From the NCBI GenBank assembly GCA_963727625.1, contig CAVSHR010000004.1:608001-672000 (forward strand): DNA of 64,000 bases, written 5' to 3'. This DNA comes from an uncultured delta proteobacterium (GTDB taxonomy: Bacteria > Desulfobacterota > Binatia > UBA9968). Positions 27,443 to 37,114 of the stretch are shown here, one piece after another. The position numbers and the translations under genes were made by a program. Under the pieces are notes generated by a model that was not told where the DNA came from, did not search any database, and saw only the letters and a program-made list of their open reading frames with translations. The first letter of the stretch is position 1. Every line of letters begins with the position of its first letter.

Positions 27443-28294
27443 TTACGAATCGTCAATCCCCATGATCCGCGGCAGTATTTGCTCGACCAGCTTGGCGCCA
27501 GCGAGAGACAGTCCCAGCTGTTCGGCCATCTCACGCGCCGGCCCGAGGCTTTTCCGAAAAACCTCCGTGCGCCGCTTGCGTATCGCCATGGGGTCATCCG
27601 CCAGCTTGAACCGGTCCAACCAATGATCGGCGACAAAACTCTGCGCCGAGCTTCTGCGCAACAGCTTCTGCAGCGCCGGAAAGTTTAAACCGCTTTTCTC
27701 GGCGAGGAGCTCGGCTTCATGGGCCGCCAGCATGTTGATGCAGGTCACGACCTGGACAATCATCTTAGCCGCGGCGCCGCATCCTAAATCCCCAATATAA
27801 AAAATGTCCGAGGCGGACGTCGAGAATAGCTCGCGGCAGCGCCCGATCAGCGCTGGGTCCCCGCCGACCATGTAGCATAGCGACTTTCCCCGTGCGCCGG
27901 CTTCGCCGCCGCTCACCGGCGCGTCGATGATAGACACGCCGATCGTCTCACCTTTGGCTGCTAATCGCTTAATTGTCTCGGGCAGCACCGTACTATGAAT
28001 CGCGACGATGGTTCCCGGCTTGGTCCCGGCAAACACGCCGTCCACGCCGGTGAGGACCTCTTCCGCCTGCATGTCATCCACCACCGCCACTTCGATAATA
28101 TCAACACCCGCCAACTCCCGCGGGGATTGGGCGGCATGTGCACCCCGGGCGACCAACTCGGCAACCGGCTCCTTACGCAAATCATAGACGGCGAGATCGA
28201 ATCCGGCGTTCAGAATATTGATCGCCATCGGTTTGCCGATGCGACCGAGGCCGATAAAACCTATCTTATTCACTCTGGTCCTTGATCCCGGCAA
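27443..28294 (-). CDS. 3-hydroxyisobutyrate dehydrogenase family NAD(P)-dependent oxidoreductase
   Basis: IGFIGLGRIGKPMA, DAPVSGG, MVGG and catalytic K in GAAAKM. Start is probably GTG 28273. Confidence 0.9.
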   Translation of the reverse strand: MPGSRTRVNKIGFIGLGRIGKPMAINILNAGFDLAVYDLRKEPVAELVARGAHAAQSPRELAGVDIIEVAVVDDMQAEEVLTGVDGVFAGTKPGTIVAIHSTVLPETIKRLAAKGETIGVSIIDAPVSGGEAGARGKSLCYMVGGDPALIGRCRELFSTSASDIFYIGDLGCGAAAKMIVQVVTCINMLAAHEAELLAEKSGLNFPALQKLLRRSSAQSFVADHWLDRFKLADDPMAIRKRRTEVFRKSLGPAREMAEQLGLSLAGAKLVEQILPRIMGIDDS

Positions 28295-28434
28295 TACTGC
28301 GTCACGAGAATAAACAGCCGCAATTTATAGCTTGACGGAAACTCTTTACAAGTGTTTAGATCCGAAGAGGCGACTTGATTTCCCATCAGGCGCCAATTTA
28401 CAGATTGCAGGCGGTTTGGCAAGGAGAAAAGACC

Positions 28435-29169
28435 ATGGCGGAAACGCTAAAAGAATATTTGGTCGGCACGGTCCGGCCGACCAATAGACCTGAAGCCGGC
28501 CAGGAGCTCGATCTCGATACTTTGATTTCAGCGAAGATCAAGTTCGTTTACCTGACGATGAACTTCACCCGCGGCACGGAGGATGAGTTCAGCACTTCGA
28601 TGCCCGGTTACGAAGCCAAAGCGGCCGAGTTGGCCGACATGGGCGCAGACTTGGTGCGCCCGAGCGGCGCGCCGCCGTTCATGCTGCTGGGTTACAAAAA
28701 AGAGCAAGAGCTGATCGCTGGCTGGGAGAAAAAATACGGCGTGCAGATGTTTACGTCCGGACAGAATCACGTGCGTGCGCTGCGCACGTTGGGCATCAAA
28801 AAGTTCGTCGGCGCCAGCTACTTTCCTGAGAAGATGAACAACGTTTTTGCCCGCTACTTCACCGAGGCCGGCTTTGAAGTGCTTGAGATGGAGGGCATCG
28901 ACTCGCCCTTCGCCGCCGTGCCGAGCGTGCCGCCGGAGCAGATTCTTCAATTCATGAAACGCATCGCCGCCAAGCACAAAAACGCCGACGGCATTTATAT
29001 GCTCGGCTCGGCGTGGAAGACCGTCGAGATCATCGACCGACTGGAAAAAGACACCGGCCTCACCGTCGTTCACGCCGGGCCGGCGCGTGCGTGGGAGACG
29101 CAGCTGCGCTTGGGACTGCACCACTCGATCCCGGGATATGGGCGATTGCTTGCTGAAATGCCGGTATAG
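28435..29169 (+). CDS. Asp/Glu racemase superfamily protein (maleate isomerase / arylmalonate decarboxylase-like), cysteine-free
   Basis: RALRTLG.KK, YFTEAGFEV, ADGIYM, IDRLEKDTG..VV and IPGYGRLL. RBS aaggag precedes ATG 28435. Confidence 0.78.
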   Translation: MAETLKEYLVGTVRPTNRPEAGQELDLDTLISAKIKFVYLTMNFTRGTEDEFSTSMPGYEAKAAELADMGADLVRPSGAPPFMLLGYKKEQELIAGWEKKYGVQMFTSGQNHVRALRTLGIKKFVGASYFPEKMNNVFARYFTEAGFEVLEMEGIDSPFAAVPSVPPEQILQFMKRIAAKHKNADGIYMLGSAWKTVEIIDRLEKDTGLTVVHAGPARAWETQLRLGLHHSIPGYGRLLAEMPV

Positions 29170-29432
29170 CTTCTAATCCCGGGCACTCGATGAGCTCGCG
29201 GCGTACGATCCCGGAACGGCGACCGCAGTTCCAACGGCTCTGGTCGACCCAAGCCTCGAGCCCAGTCGAAGCCATCGCCTTCGTTACACAGCTAGAGAAG
29301 AGGGAGGCGCTTTCCGAGAGCCCCGAATCCGAGCGCGCAGCAAAATGCGCCGTTTCTCAAATTCGATGCGTCTTCAAAGTCTAAACGACTTGAACCTTTC
29401 GGCAGTTTGAACTGTTGTTTCGCTTGCCGATT

Positions 29433-30752
29433 TTATCCATACCTTGACATCGTCTGCGGCTTATAGTCGTCCGGCGCCTGGGTAACCGTTAGTAGCGGCT
29501 CAATTTCGTATAAACGCCGCGCGTTGCCTCCGAGCATTTTTTCCTGGACGTTTTGCGGCACTTTCCACTTGCTCATGTTGTCGATCGCTTCCCAGACATC
29601 CGAGGCATCGAGGTGCGGCATGTCCGAAGACCAGAGTGCGATGTTCTCATACAAATCCCACAGCCGCAGTGTAACAATCTCATCGCTCTCAAAAGCGATG
29701 AAACAATGCTTATAAAACACCTCGTGGGGATCACCAATCTTCTCGCCCAAATGCTTGTAGAGATGGAGATAGGTTTCCGCCTTCTCCAACACCAGTGCGA
29801 GCCAACTCGAGTTAGATTCCAGAATCGCCACTTTCAAATTTGGAAACTTTTCCAACCAGCCGGTCATGAGCACGACACCGGTCCAGGTCATCGCCTCTGC
29901 GATGAAACCATAGGCCGCGTCGCCGGCCTGCTTCGAGCCCATGACCTGCATGACATTGGCGACGAATTGTCCCGGCGAATAAACCAAAAGATCTTCGTCG
30001 CCGAACAAACGCTTGCGATTCGCTCCCATCCGTTTGCCCAATTCAGGAGACAACGCCTCGCCGCGCGACGGAAAGGTGTGCATGCCTAAAACCATGCCCA
30101 ACTCCGCGAACTCCTTCCACAGAGGATCGAACTCAGGAAACGTCGGGTATTTTCCCTGCGCGATGATCGGCCGCACTAAGGCGGACTTGAAGCCGCGCTT
30201 GGCAACGCGTCGCAGCTCTTCGATGGCGCAATCAACGCTCTGTACCGGCAAAACCGCCGCTGGGTAGAGGCGTTTCTTATCGGCGCTGCAATAGTCATAG
30301 GCCCAATCATTATAAGCCCGCGCGCAGATGTATGCCGCATCGGCGTTTTCCACCAGCGGCAAATAGACAAATGTCGATGGAAAAATCATCACCTGGTCGA
30401 TGCCGGCGGCATCCATGTCTTTGAGCCGCGCTAGCGGATCTCGGGCGCTTTTGTTTCGACCAATTTTATCGTCCCACTCTTTGGTTCCAGGCTGCGTTTC
30501 GCCAATCATCTTTTTGGTCAGACCCGGGTGCCAGGTTTCGCCTGGATATTTCCACTTGTCGGGATCGCGAAAGCTGATCTTCCCGTTACGCACCAGAAAT
30601 AGGCGATCGGCGTCACGATAGAAATGTGTCTTGGCGAAATCGCGATTGTTCCGAGGTATATATTTGTCCCAGATCTCCGGCGGCTCATAGATGTGGCTAT
30701 CGCAGTCGAACACCGGGAAATTCTTGGTTCTACCTTTTGCCGCGTATGCCAT
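29433..30752 (-). CDS. Amidohydrolase family protein (Amidohydro_2)
   Basis: DCDSHIYEP, MDAAGID..IFPS, RAYNDW, ILES and WSSDMPHLD. Confidence 0.92.
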   Translation of the reverse strand: MAYAAKGRTKNFPVFDCDSHIYEPPEIWDKYIPRNNRDFAKTHFYRDADRLFLVRNGKISFRDPDKWKYPGETWHPGLTKKMIGETQPGTKEWDDKIGRNKSARDPLARLKDMDAAGIDQVMIFPSTFVYLPLVENADAAYICARAYNDWAYDYCSADKKRLYPAAVLPVQSVDCAIEELRRVAKRGFKSALVRPIIAQGKYPTFPEFDPLWKEFAELGMVLGMHTFPSRGEALSPELGKRMGANRKRLFGDEDLLVYSPGQFVANVMQVMGSKQAGDAAYGFIAEAMTWTGVVLMTGWLEKFPNLKVAILESNSSWLALVLEKAETYLHLYKHLGEKIGDPHEVFYKHCFIAFESDEIVTLRLWDLYENIALWSSDMPHLDASDVWEAIDNMSKWKVPQNVQEKMLGGNARRLYEIEPLLTVTQAPDDYKPQTMSRYG

Positions 30753-30999
30753 GTCTGCCTCCTATCTTAAAATGAGCTCCTGTTAGCTTCCCTTGACGAA
30801 TTCTCGAATCATCGCATGCACCTTCCTCCGCCTAGCCATAAACCAAGACCTGGTTTGCTGACAAGAGGTGCGCCGACTTCCCCGTAAAGTCGCCTATCCG
30901 GCCTTAAATGAACCGATGGGCTTGCTAAATTTCTATTGACAGCCATCGCTCCCTTCACTATTGAGAACGGAAGTCACGCAAACTGAAGGGAGTCAAGCA

Positions 31000-32028
31000 A
31001 TGGCCAGTCATTACATTGATTGCGACGGCCACGTCATGGAGCGGGTCGATGAGATCGCCGCGTTGGTCGGCAAGCAACACGGCCTGGAGAGCGAGATCAA
31101 TCCTCGGCGCATGGTGCCAAGCCTTGACCGTTTTCACACGCCGCGCTTGCAGCGGCGCACGCCGGGAACCTTCGATCCATCGATCGGGCCTGAAAGATGG
31201 ATGGAATTTCTCCAGAAGACCGGCCTCGAATACAGCGTCCTCTTCCCCACCGAAGGACTCGCCTACGGACAAATTTCGCTGGTGTCCTGGGCAGTCGCCT
31301 ACGCGCGTGGCTATAATGATTGGCTGAATGAAAAATATTTGAAGTTCAGTCCGAAACTGAAAGGCGTGGCGCTCATTCCGATGCAAGACGTGCCGAGCGC
31401 CGTCGCTGAATTGCGCCGCGCAGTCAAAGAGCTCGGCATGCTCGGCGCGATGTTGCCGTCGAACGGATTGAGATTTCATCTCGGCGCCAAAGAATATTGG
31501 CCGATCTACGAAGAAGCGGAGAAGCTCGGCTGTGCGCTGGCGGTTCACGGCGGATGCTACGGCGATCTGGGCTTCAACAGTTTCGGTGTTTTTCCGGCGA
31601 CCCGCGCCCTCGGTATGCCCTTTCCGCTCGCCATCGCCGCCACCGGCATGATCGTCGAGGGTATGCTCGATCAATTTCCCAAATTGCGCATCGGCTTTTT
31701 GGAAGGGGGCACGGCGTGGATTCCCATCGTCATCGATCGCCTCGAACGGGAGCTGGAATACGGCGGTCTTCATCTCAAGCGGAAGCCGGTAGATTATTTT
31801 ACAGGCGGCAGGATCTTCGTCGGTTGCGAAGGCAACGAGAAAGCGTTGGCCTACGCCATCGAGCGCGTCGGTCCCGAGCCGTTCATGTTCGCATCGGATT
31901 TTCCCCATGAGATTTCGCTCGGCAACTGCATGGAAGAAATCAACGAGATCGTCGAGCGCAGGGATCTAAAGCAAGAATACAAAAGCGCGATCCTGGGTGA
32001 CAACGCCAGACGCTTTTACGAAATCTAG
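31000..32028 (+). CDS. Amidohydrolase family protein (Amidohydro_2)
   Basis: DCDGHVME, LFPT, GYNDWL, AVHGG, FLEGG, FASDFPHE and GDNARRFY. Confidence 0.92.
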   Translation: MASHYIDCDGHVMERVDEIAALVGKQHGLESEINPRRMVPSLDRFHTPRLQRRTPGTFDPSIGPERWMEFLQKTGLEYSVLFPTEGLAYGQISLVSWAVAYARGYNDWLNEKYLKFSPKLKGVALIPMQDVPSAVAELRRAVKELGMLGAMLPSNGLRFHLGAKEYWPIYEEAEKLGCALAVHGGCYGDLGFNSFGVFPATRALGMPFPLAIAATGMIVEGMLDQFPKLRIGFLEGGTAWIPIVIDRLERELEYGGLHLKRKPVDYFTGGRIFVGCEGNEKALAYAIERVGPEPFMFASDFPHEISLGNCMEEINEIVERRDLKQEYKSAILGDNARRFYEI

Positions 32029-32057
32029 GCGACCACCGCGTCGCCGGGAGGTTTGCA

Positions 32058-33146
32058 ATGGCCTTTCGATCGAAAGCGATCACAACCGACTTGCGAGATC
32101 GGGTCCGCTACCCTAGACACGAAGCTATGGGTTTCGGCCACAGAGCGGTCACAACCCTGCTTTCATTTTTGCTTTGCCTTTTCGGCGCTCCAATCATGGT
32201 TTCGGCGCAAAACCTAACGCCAATTCTGGTCGCCTATGCTGGCCAGAACGAAACCGTCGGGCCCATGTGGGTCGGCGTCGAAAGGGGCATGTTTAGAAAA
32301 TACGGCCTCGACGTGCACATGGTCCAACTGCGCAACGGCTCGCTCAGCATGGCGACGCTGGCCACCGGCCAGGTGCAATACAACTACGGCTCGCCCTCCA
32401 ATGCCCTGAGCGGCGCCGCCGGCGGCATGCGCCTCCAGTGCGTCGCTTCTGCAGTGCATAAAATTCCTCGCGAGTTGGTGGCGCGAAAAGAAATCCGCAC
32501 CATCGAAGACTTGCGCGGCAAAAGCTTCGGCGTGCAGAGCATTGGCGGCGGATTTTGGCTGCAAACGATGATCGCGTTGAACGGTCTCGGCATCGATCCG
32601 GAGAAATATAACCTAAAGATGCGCGTGCTGGGCGACACCGCGACTGTCACCCAAGCGCTCGGCACCGGCGGCGTCGACGCCACGGTGATTCCCTACAGCT
32701 TCAGCGAAGCCGCCAAGCGCGCCGGCGCCAACGCGCTCGCCGATATCGGGAAAATCAACGTCCCCTACCAAGGCACGACGATTTGTTTTATCAAAGACAC
32801 TCCGTCGGCGGCGCCCGATCAGATCAATCGCCTGCTCAAGGGGCTGGTCGATTCGGTGGTGTTGATCCACGATCCGCGGGCCAAAGCCGATGTCGTCGAA
32901 ATTCTGCGCAAGGCCTTTCGTTTTCCGAGGGCCGAAGACGCCGAGGCCTCCTATAAAGTTCTCACGGCGATGGCGACCGTCGAGATCATGCCCGACCCCG
33001 CGGCCTGGAAGCTGGTCCAGCACATCGTCGCCAAGATCAATCCCAAAGTCGCCCGCGTGGACCTCAATCAGCTCATCAACCCGGCCTTCGTTCGCAGTTT
33101 GGAGGAAACTGGCTTCCTACCGGCGGCGCGAAAGAAGACGCGTTAG
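32058..33146 (+). CDS. NitT/TauT family ABC substrate-binding protein
   Basis: Signal-like segment ending VSA-Q, GMFRKYGLDV and EDLRGKSFGVQSIGG. True start may be ATG 32127. Confidence 0.85.
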   Translation: MAFRSKAITTDLRDRVRYPRHEAMGFGHRAVTTLLSFLLCLFGAPIMVSAQNLTPILVAYAGQNETVGPMWVGVERGMFRKYGLDVHMVQLRNGSLSMATLATGQVQYNYGSPSNALSGAAGGMRLQCVASAVHKIPRELVARKEIRTIEDLRGKSFGVQSIGGGFWLQTMIALNGLGIDPEKYNLKMRVLGDTATVTQALGTGGVDATVIPYSFSEAAKRAGANALADIGKINVPYQGTTICFIKDTPSAAPDQINRLLKGLVDSVVLIHDPRAKADVVEILRKAFRFPRAEDAEASYKVLTAMATVEIMPDPAAWKLVQHIVAKINPKVARVDLNQLINPAFVRSLEETGFLPAARKKTR

Positions 33147-33465
33147 AGTCGATCCATTAGAAGGGCGTGGATGGAAATCGATTCAACTCCTTTGAGGTCT
33201 AAAATGCGCCGGGATCCCCGCCGGACCTGACGCCGGAATTGCCCGCGATTGACCGAACCTTCACGATCGGCGATCTGAAGAAGTCCAGCTTGGGGCGACG
33301 CGAAAAAAGAGTGAACCCGGCATGGTGCTTTTTAGTTATACGATCCCGCACTCGATGCTTTAAACGAAAAAATCCTGATCGTGAAAGGTGATCGTGCCCC
33401 TGTTTAACCGAGCTCTCGGCCACTGATTCTATTCGCGTAGCCCGATGGCCTCTCTGAACACGGCT

Positions 33466-33834
33466 CTAGATCGGCCAGCCATGCTGCGACAGGTCGATTG
33501 GATTGCCGTCGGGATCATGGACGCGAAACTCAGCTTCACGATTAGGCGGCCGCTTGTCAATTTCGGACGCTGCTTTGAGCTCGCTGCATGCGTCGCGCAG
33601 CGCCTCGATGTTCTCCACCTCGAAGCCAAAATGGTAAATCCCCGGCTTCAACTGCGGTCCGTCGATCTTGCGCTCGGGCTCAATGGGGATGATCGCCAGG
33701 TTTATATGCCCATCGGACAAGTAGGTGGCGGTACCGACGCCGTGCACGATCTTGAGACCGAAACAGGTGGTATAAAAATTAACCAATTTGTCGACGTCCT
33801 CCGTAAGTATGGCGAGATGGCGGATGCGGGCCAT
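33466..33834 (-). CDS. VOC family protein
   Basis: MARIRHLAI, YLSDGHINLA, YHFGFEV and DPDGNPIDLS. RBS ggagg. Confidence 0.88.
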   Translation of the reverse strand: MARIRHLAILTEDVDKLVNFYTTCFGLKIVHGVGTATYLSDGHINLAIIPIEPERKIDGPQLKPGIYHFGFEVENIEALRDACSELKAASEIDKRPPNREAEFRVHDPDGNPIDLSQHGWPI

Positions 33835-34027
33835 AAAACCTCCCTTGATCGCGAATTGAATCATATCCTATGAAACAAGCGGCTTTCCTGACAAGCAAAA
33901 TATTTGGCATGCAACCGGGCAACTTGACGGATATCCTCGCTTTGCCCTATGTAATGGACAGAACTTGCGATGGAGTCACTCAAATCGGACTCCAGGCGAA
34001 TTGAAAGTTTCTCACAAGGAGGTTTTT

Positions 34028-34465
34028 ATGGGTTTGCTGAAGATCGAAGGGGTTACGCACTGGTCGATTCCGGTGAACAACTTGGACGAGGCTGAAAAAT
34101 TTTACGGCGATCTGCTCGGGCTTAAGCACCTCGGGCGTCTCGGCAATTCCGGCATGTCCTGTTTCAATGTCGGCGACAATAATATTTTGCTTTGCGAGCG
34201 CGCCCCGAGTGTCGATAAAAACCACGTCGAGGATCAGAACGTGCATCACTCCTTCACAGTGACCCCAGAAACCTTGGTGCAGGCGTGCAAAGTCTTTCAG
34301 GAGAAAAAAGTTTCCATCGATCGCCTTTATTACCGCGCCAAGGGTTATTTCACCGGCCGGGAGCTGTATTTCTTCGATCCCAGCGGTAACCGCCTCGAAC
34401 TGCGCGATCCAACATGGAAAGCCGGCATGCCTGAACCTACCTTCGAAGAGCTCGCGCAATCCTGA
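34028..34465 (+). CDS. VOC family protein
   Basis: THWSIPV..L..AEKFY, HHSF and YFFDPSGNRLEL. RBS aggagg. Confidence 0.88.
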   Translation: MGLLKIEGVTHWSIPVNNLDEAEKFYGDLLGLKHLGRLGNSGMSCFNVGDNNILLCERAPSVDKNHVEDQNVHHSFTVTPETLVQACKVFQEKKVSIDRLYYRAKGYFTGRELYFFDPSGNRLELRDPTWKAGMPEPTFEELAQS

Positions 34466-34626
34466 AGGGTCGCGCTCCGGCAACAGAAGTTCCATAAAGG
34501 CTGCCCAAGGGCGACGCATGGAAAGCATCGCCCGCTGCCGCCAAAAAGCGTTTGGCATTCACGTGCGGGGCCGGAACTACGCCGTCAAAGGTCATTGTTT
34601 AACTGCGTCTCTAGAAAGCTGGCAAC

Positions 34627-35898
34627 TTGGAAGAAGATCTCTCGCCGCCGCTCGATGCATCGCTTGAAAAACCCCACCGGCGCGTAAGACTAAAAACCTT
34701 CGCATCCCTGCGTCATCTCGATTACCGCTATCTTTGGAGCGGCACTTTGATGATGAGCGCTGGCCAGTGGGTGCAGCAGGTTACCCTGGGCTGGCTGCTT
34801 TACGATCTCACCGGTAATTCCATGCTGCTCGGCGCTCTAAACGGCCTGCGCGCCGTGCCGTTCCTCGTCACCGGCCCCATGGCGGGCGTGGCCGCCGACC
34901 GCATGGACCGGCGCAAACTCTTGCTCTGCACCCAGTGGGTGCTGATCATCACCGCCGTTATCATGGGCACGCTGGTCGCTTCGCCATTTTTCCATGTCTC
35001 GCATATTTTTATTTTTACTCTGATCACTGGCGTAGCCTGGTCCTTTACCGAACCGGTACGCCAAAGCATGATCCCGAGCGTGGTCCCCAAGGCGGATTTA
35101 GTCAACGCCATCGCGCTCAACTCGGGCGGCTTTAACCTGATGAAAATCATTGGACCGGCGGTAGGCGGAGCGTTGATCGCTCTGTTCGGCGCTTCGGGAA
35201 ATTTTTTCGTCCAGAGCGCCGCCTACGTCGGCGTGTTGATCATGATTTATCTGATGCATATTCCGCCGACGCCGCCCGAGGCGCGCCGTTCTTCAGCCAT
35301 GGCCAACTTGAAAGAAGGCTTCGCTTACGTTTGGTCGACGCCCGCCGTGCTTGCGTTGATGACCTTGGCCTACGTACCCCGGGTTTTTGCCGTGCCTTAT
35401 CAAACCTTGATGCCGGTATTTCAAAAAGATGTCCTGCAAGTCGGACCGGAAGGCCTCGGTATGCTGATGGCAGCGCCGGGAGTCGGCGCGGTGATTGCGG
35501 TGCTGACCCTCGCTAGCCTTGCGAATCGGCTCAAGCGCCAGGGGCTATTTCTTGTCGCCAGCATCATCGTTTTAGGGCTTTTTCTTATTCTCTTTTCGAC
35601 CATGCGCTCGTTTCCGCTCGCCCTTGCCACCCTGGTGATCGCCGGCGCGTTTCAGATGTTTTTCCTCGCCAGCACCAACACCATCCTTCAGCTCATCGTT
35701 CCCGATGAGCTGCGCGGCCGGGTGATGAGCTTATATATGCTCGATCGCGGCTTCATGCCGGTGGGCGCGCTTTTTGCCGGCGTCACCGCCCACTTCATCG
35801 GCGCGCCCTACACGGTGGCAACCATGGGAAGGATCGTGATCGTGTTGGCGTTGGTCGTAACTTGGCGGGTGCCGGCCATCCGCCGTCTGGAAACGTGA
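34627..35898 (+). CDS. MFS transporter
   Basis: SLRHLDYRYLW, GVAADRMDRRK, about 12 TMs and PDELRGRVMS. Confidence 0.92.
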   Translation: MEEDLSPPLDASLEKPHRRVRLKTFASLRHLDYRYLWSGTLMMSAGQWVQQVTLGWLLYDLTGNSMLLGALNGLRAVPFLVTGPMAGVAADRMDRRKLLLCTQWVLIITAVIMGTLVASPFFHVSHIFIFTLITGVAWSFTEPVRQSMIPSVVPKADLVNAIALNSGGFNLMKIIGPAVGGALIALFGASGNFFVQSAAYVGVLIMIYLMHIPPTPPEARRSSAMANLKEGFAYVWSTPAVLALMTLAYVPRVFAVPYQTLMPVFQKDVLQVGPEGLGMLMAAPGVGAVIAVLTLASLANRLKRQGLFLVASIIVLGLFLILFSTMRSFPLALATLVIAGAFQMFFLASTNTILQLIVPDELRGRVMSLYMLDRGFMPVGALFAGVTAHFIGAPYTVATMGRIVIVLALVVTWRVPAIRRLET

Positions 35899-36150
35899 TC
35901 GACCGCGCGACCTTTTCTAAATCATTCCAGCCGCCCTTTCGATTTTGCATTTAACAATTCCATTTCATTCTCCCTGCTGCGCTCTCTGCTTCGTCGGTAT
36001 CTGTTTCTGTTTCGCGTTGAATCCGCGCGAATGAAAATAATTTTACGCCAGCGAACGGACGCTCCTAGACATTTATCTCGCCGTGGAGTATGCAGAGTGG
36101 CGTTTATTTCCGCGCATGGTTTTGGACATACGACTTTTGGAGGATAACTT

Positions 36151-36960
36151 ATGCTCGATAGGAAACCTACCCGTTTTGTCTTAATCGCTCTCTGGCTCTC
36201 TTTCCTCGGTTCAATCGCGCATGCACAGCCGGCGAAGGATTTCCAGCCTACCGTGGGCCAGGAAGGTAAGGACGTCATCTGGGTGCCAACGCCCCAGGCG
36301 CTGGTCGACAAGATGCTCGACATGGCCAAGGTCACGGCCAAAGATTACGTTATCGATCTCGGCTCCGGCGACGGCCGCACCGTCATCACCGCGGCGAAGC
36401 GGGGCGCCAAAGCGCTCGGCATCGAATACAACCCCGACATGGTGGAGCTAGCCAAACGTAATGCCGCGAAAGAAGGGGTCAGCGATCGCGCAAGCTTCGT
36501 CAAGGCCGACCTGTTCGAAAGCGATTTTTCCCAAGCCCAGGTCATCACGATGTTTCTGCTATCGAGCATCAACCTCAAGCTGCGCCCTAAAATCCTGGAC
36601 CTAAAGCCCGGCACACGGATCGTATCCAACACCTTCGACATGGGCGACTGGAAGCCTGACGAAAACGCCACTCTACCCGGTTGCAACTCCTGGTGCACGG
36701 CCCACCTTTGGATCGTGCCGGCGAAATCCAATGGGACTTGGCATATGGCACAGGGCGAACTGACCATCAAACAGATTTTTCAAATGATCAGCGGCACATT
36801 GAAGCGTGGCAACAGGGTCTCGCCGATCAGCGGCAAGCTCAACGGCGATCAGATAAGCTTCACTGCCGGCGGCACTCAATATACCGGCCGGGTTAACGGC
36901 AATACCATCGAAGACAGCGCCGGCGGCGTCAAGTGGAGGGCGACGCGCGCGGGCAAGTGA
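36151..36960 (+). CDS. Exported class I SAM-dependent methyltransferase, copy 1
   Basis: Signal peptide ending AHA-Q, DVIWVPTP, DLGSGDGR, GIEYNP, GTRIVS and a C-terminal beta-rich domain. Confidence 0.88.
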   Translation: MLDRKPTRFVLIALWLSFLGSIAHAQPAKDFQPTVGQEGKDVIWVPTPQALVDKMLDMAKVTAKDYVIDLGSGDGRTVITAAKRGAKALGIEYNPDMVELAKRNAAKEGVSDRASFVKADLFESDFSQAQVITMFLLSSINLKLRPKILDLKPGTRIVSNTFDMGDWKPDENATLPGCNSWCTAHLWIVPAKSNGTWHMAQGELTIKQIFQMISGTLKRGNRVSPISGKLNGDQISFTAGGTQYTGRVNGNTIEDSAGGVKWRATRAGK

Positions 36961-37114
36961 TTTGTCGACCGATAGAATAGTTTGGCAATCGGCTCGGGAA
37001 GGTAAAACCTGATCTGTTGATTGAGAACAGTTAAATTCAAACTTTTCAGCGCCCTCCCGTCGCACTAATCCAACTGTTATAACGATTGTGGAATTCTTAA
37101 ATTGGAGGATTTTT

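Noticed and set aside
33170-33430. Small ORFs or a gene remnant between the binding protein and VOC genes
   Set aside because: No RBS or family motif that I can support in any frame.
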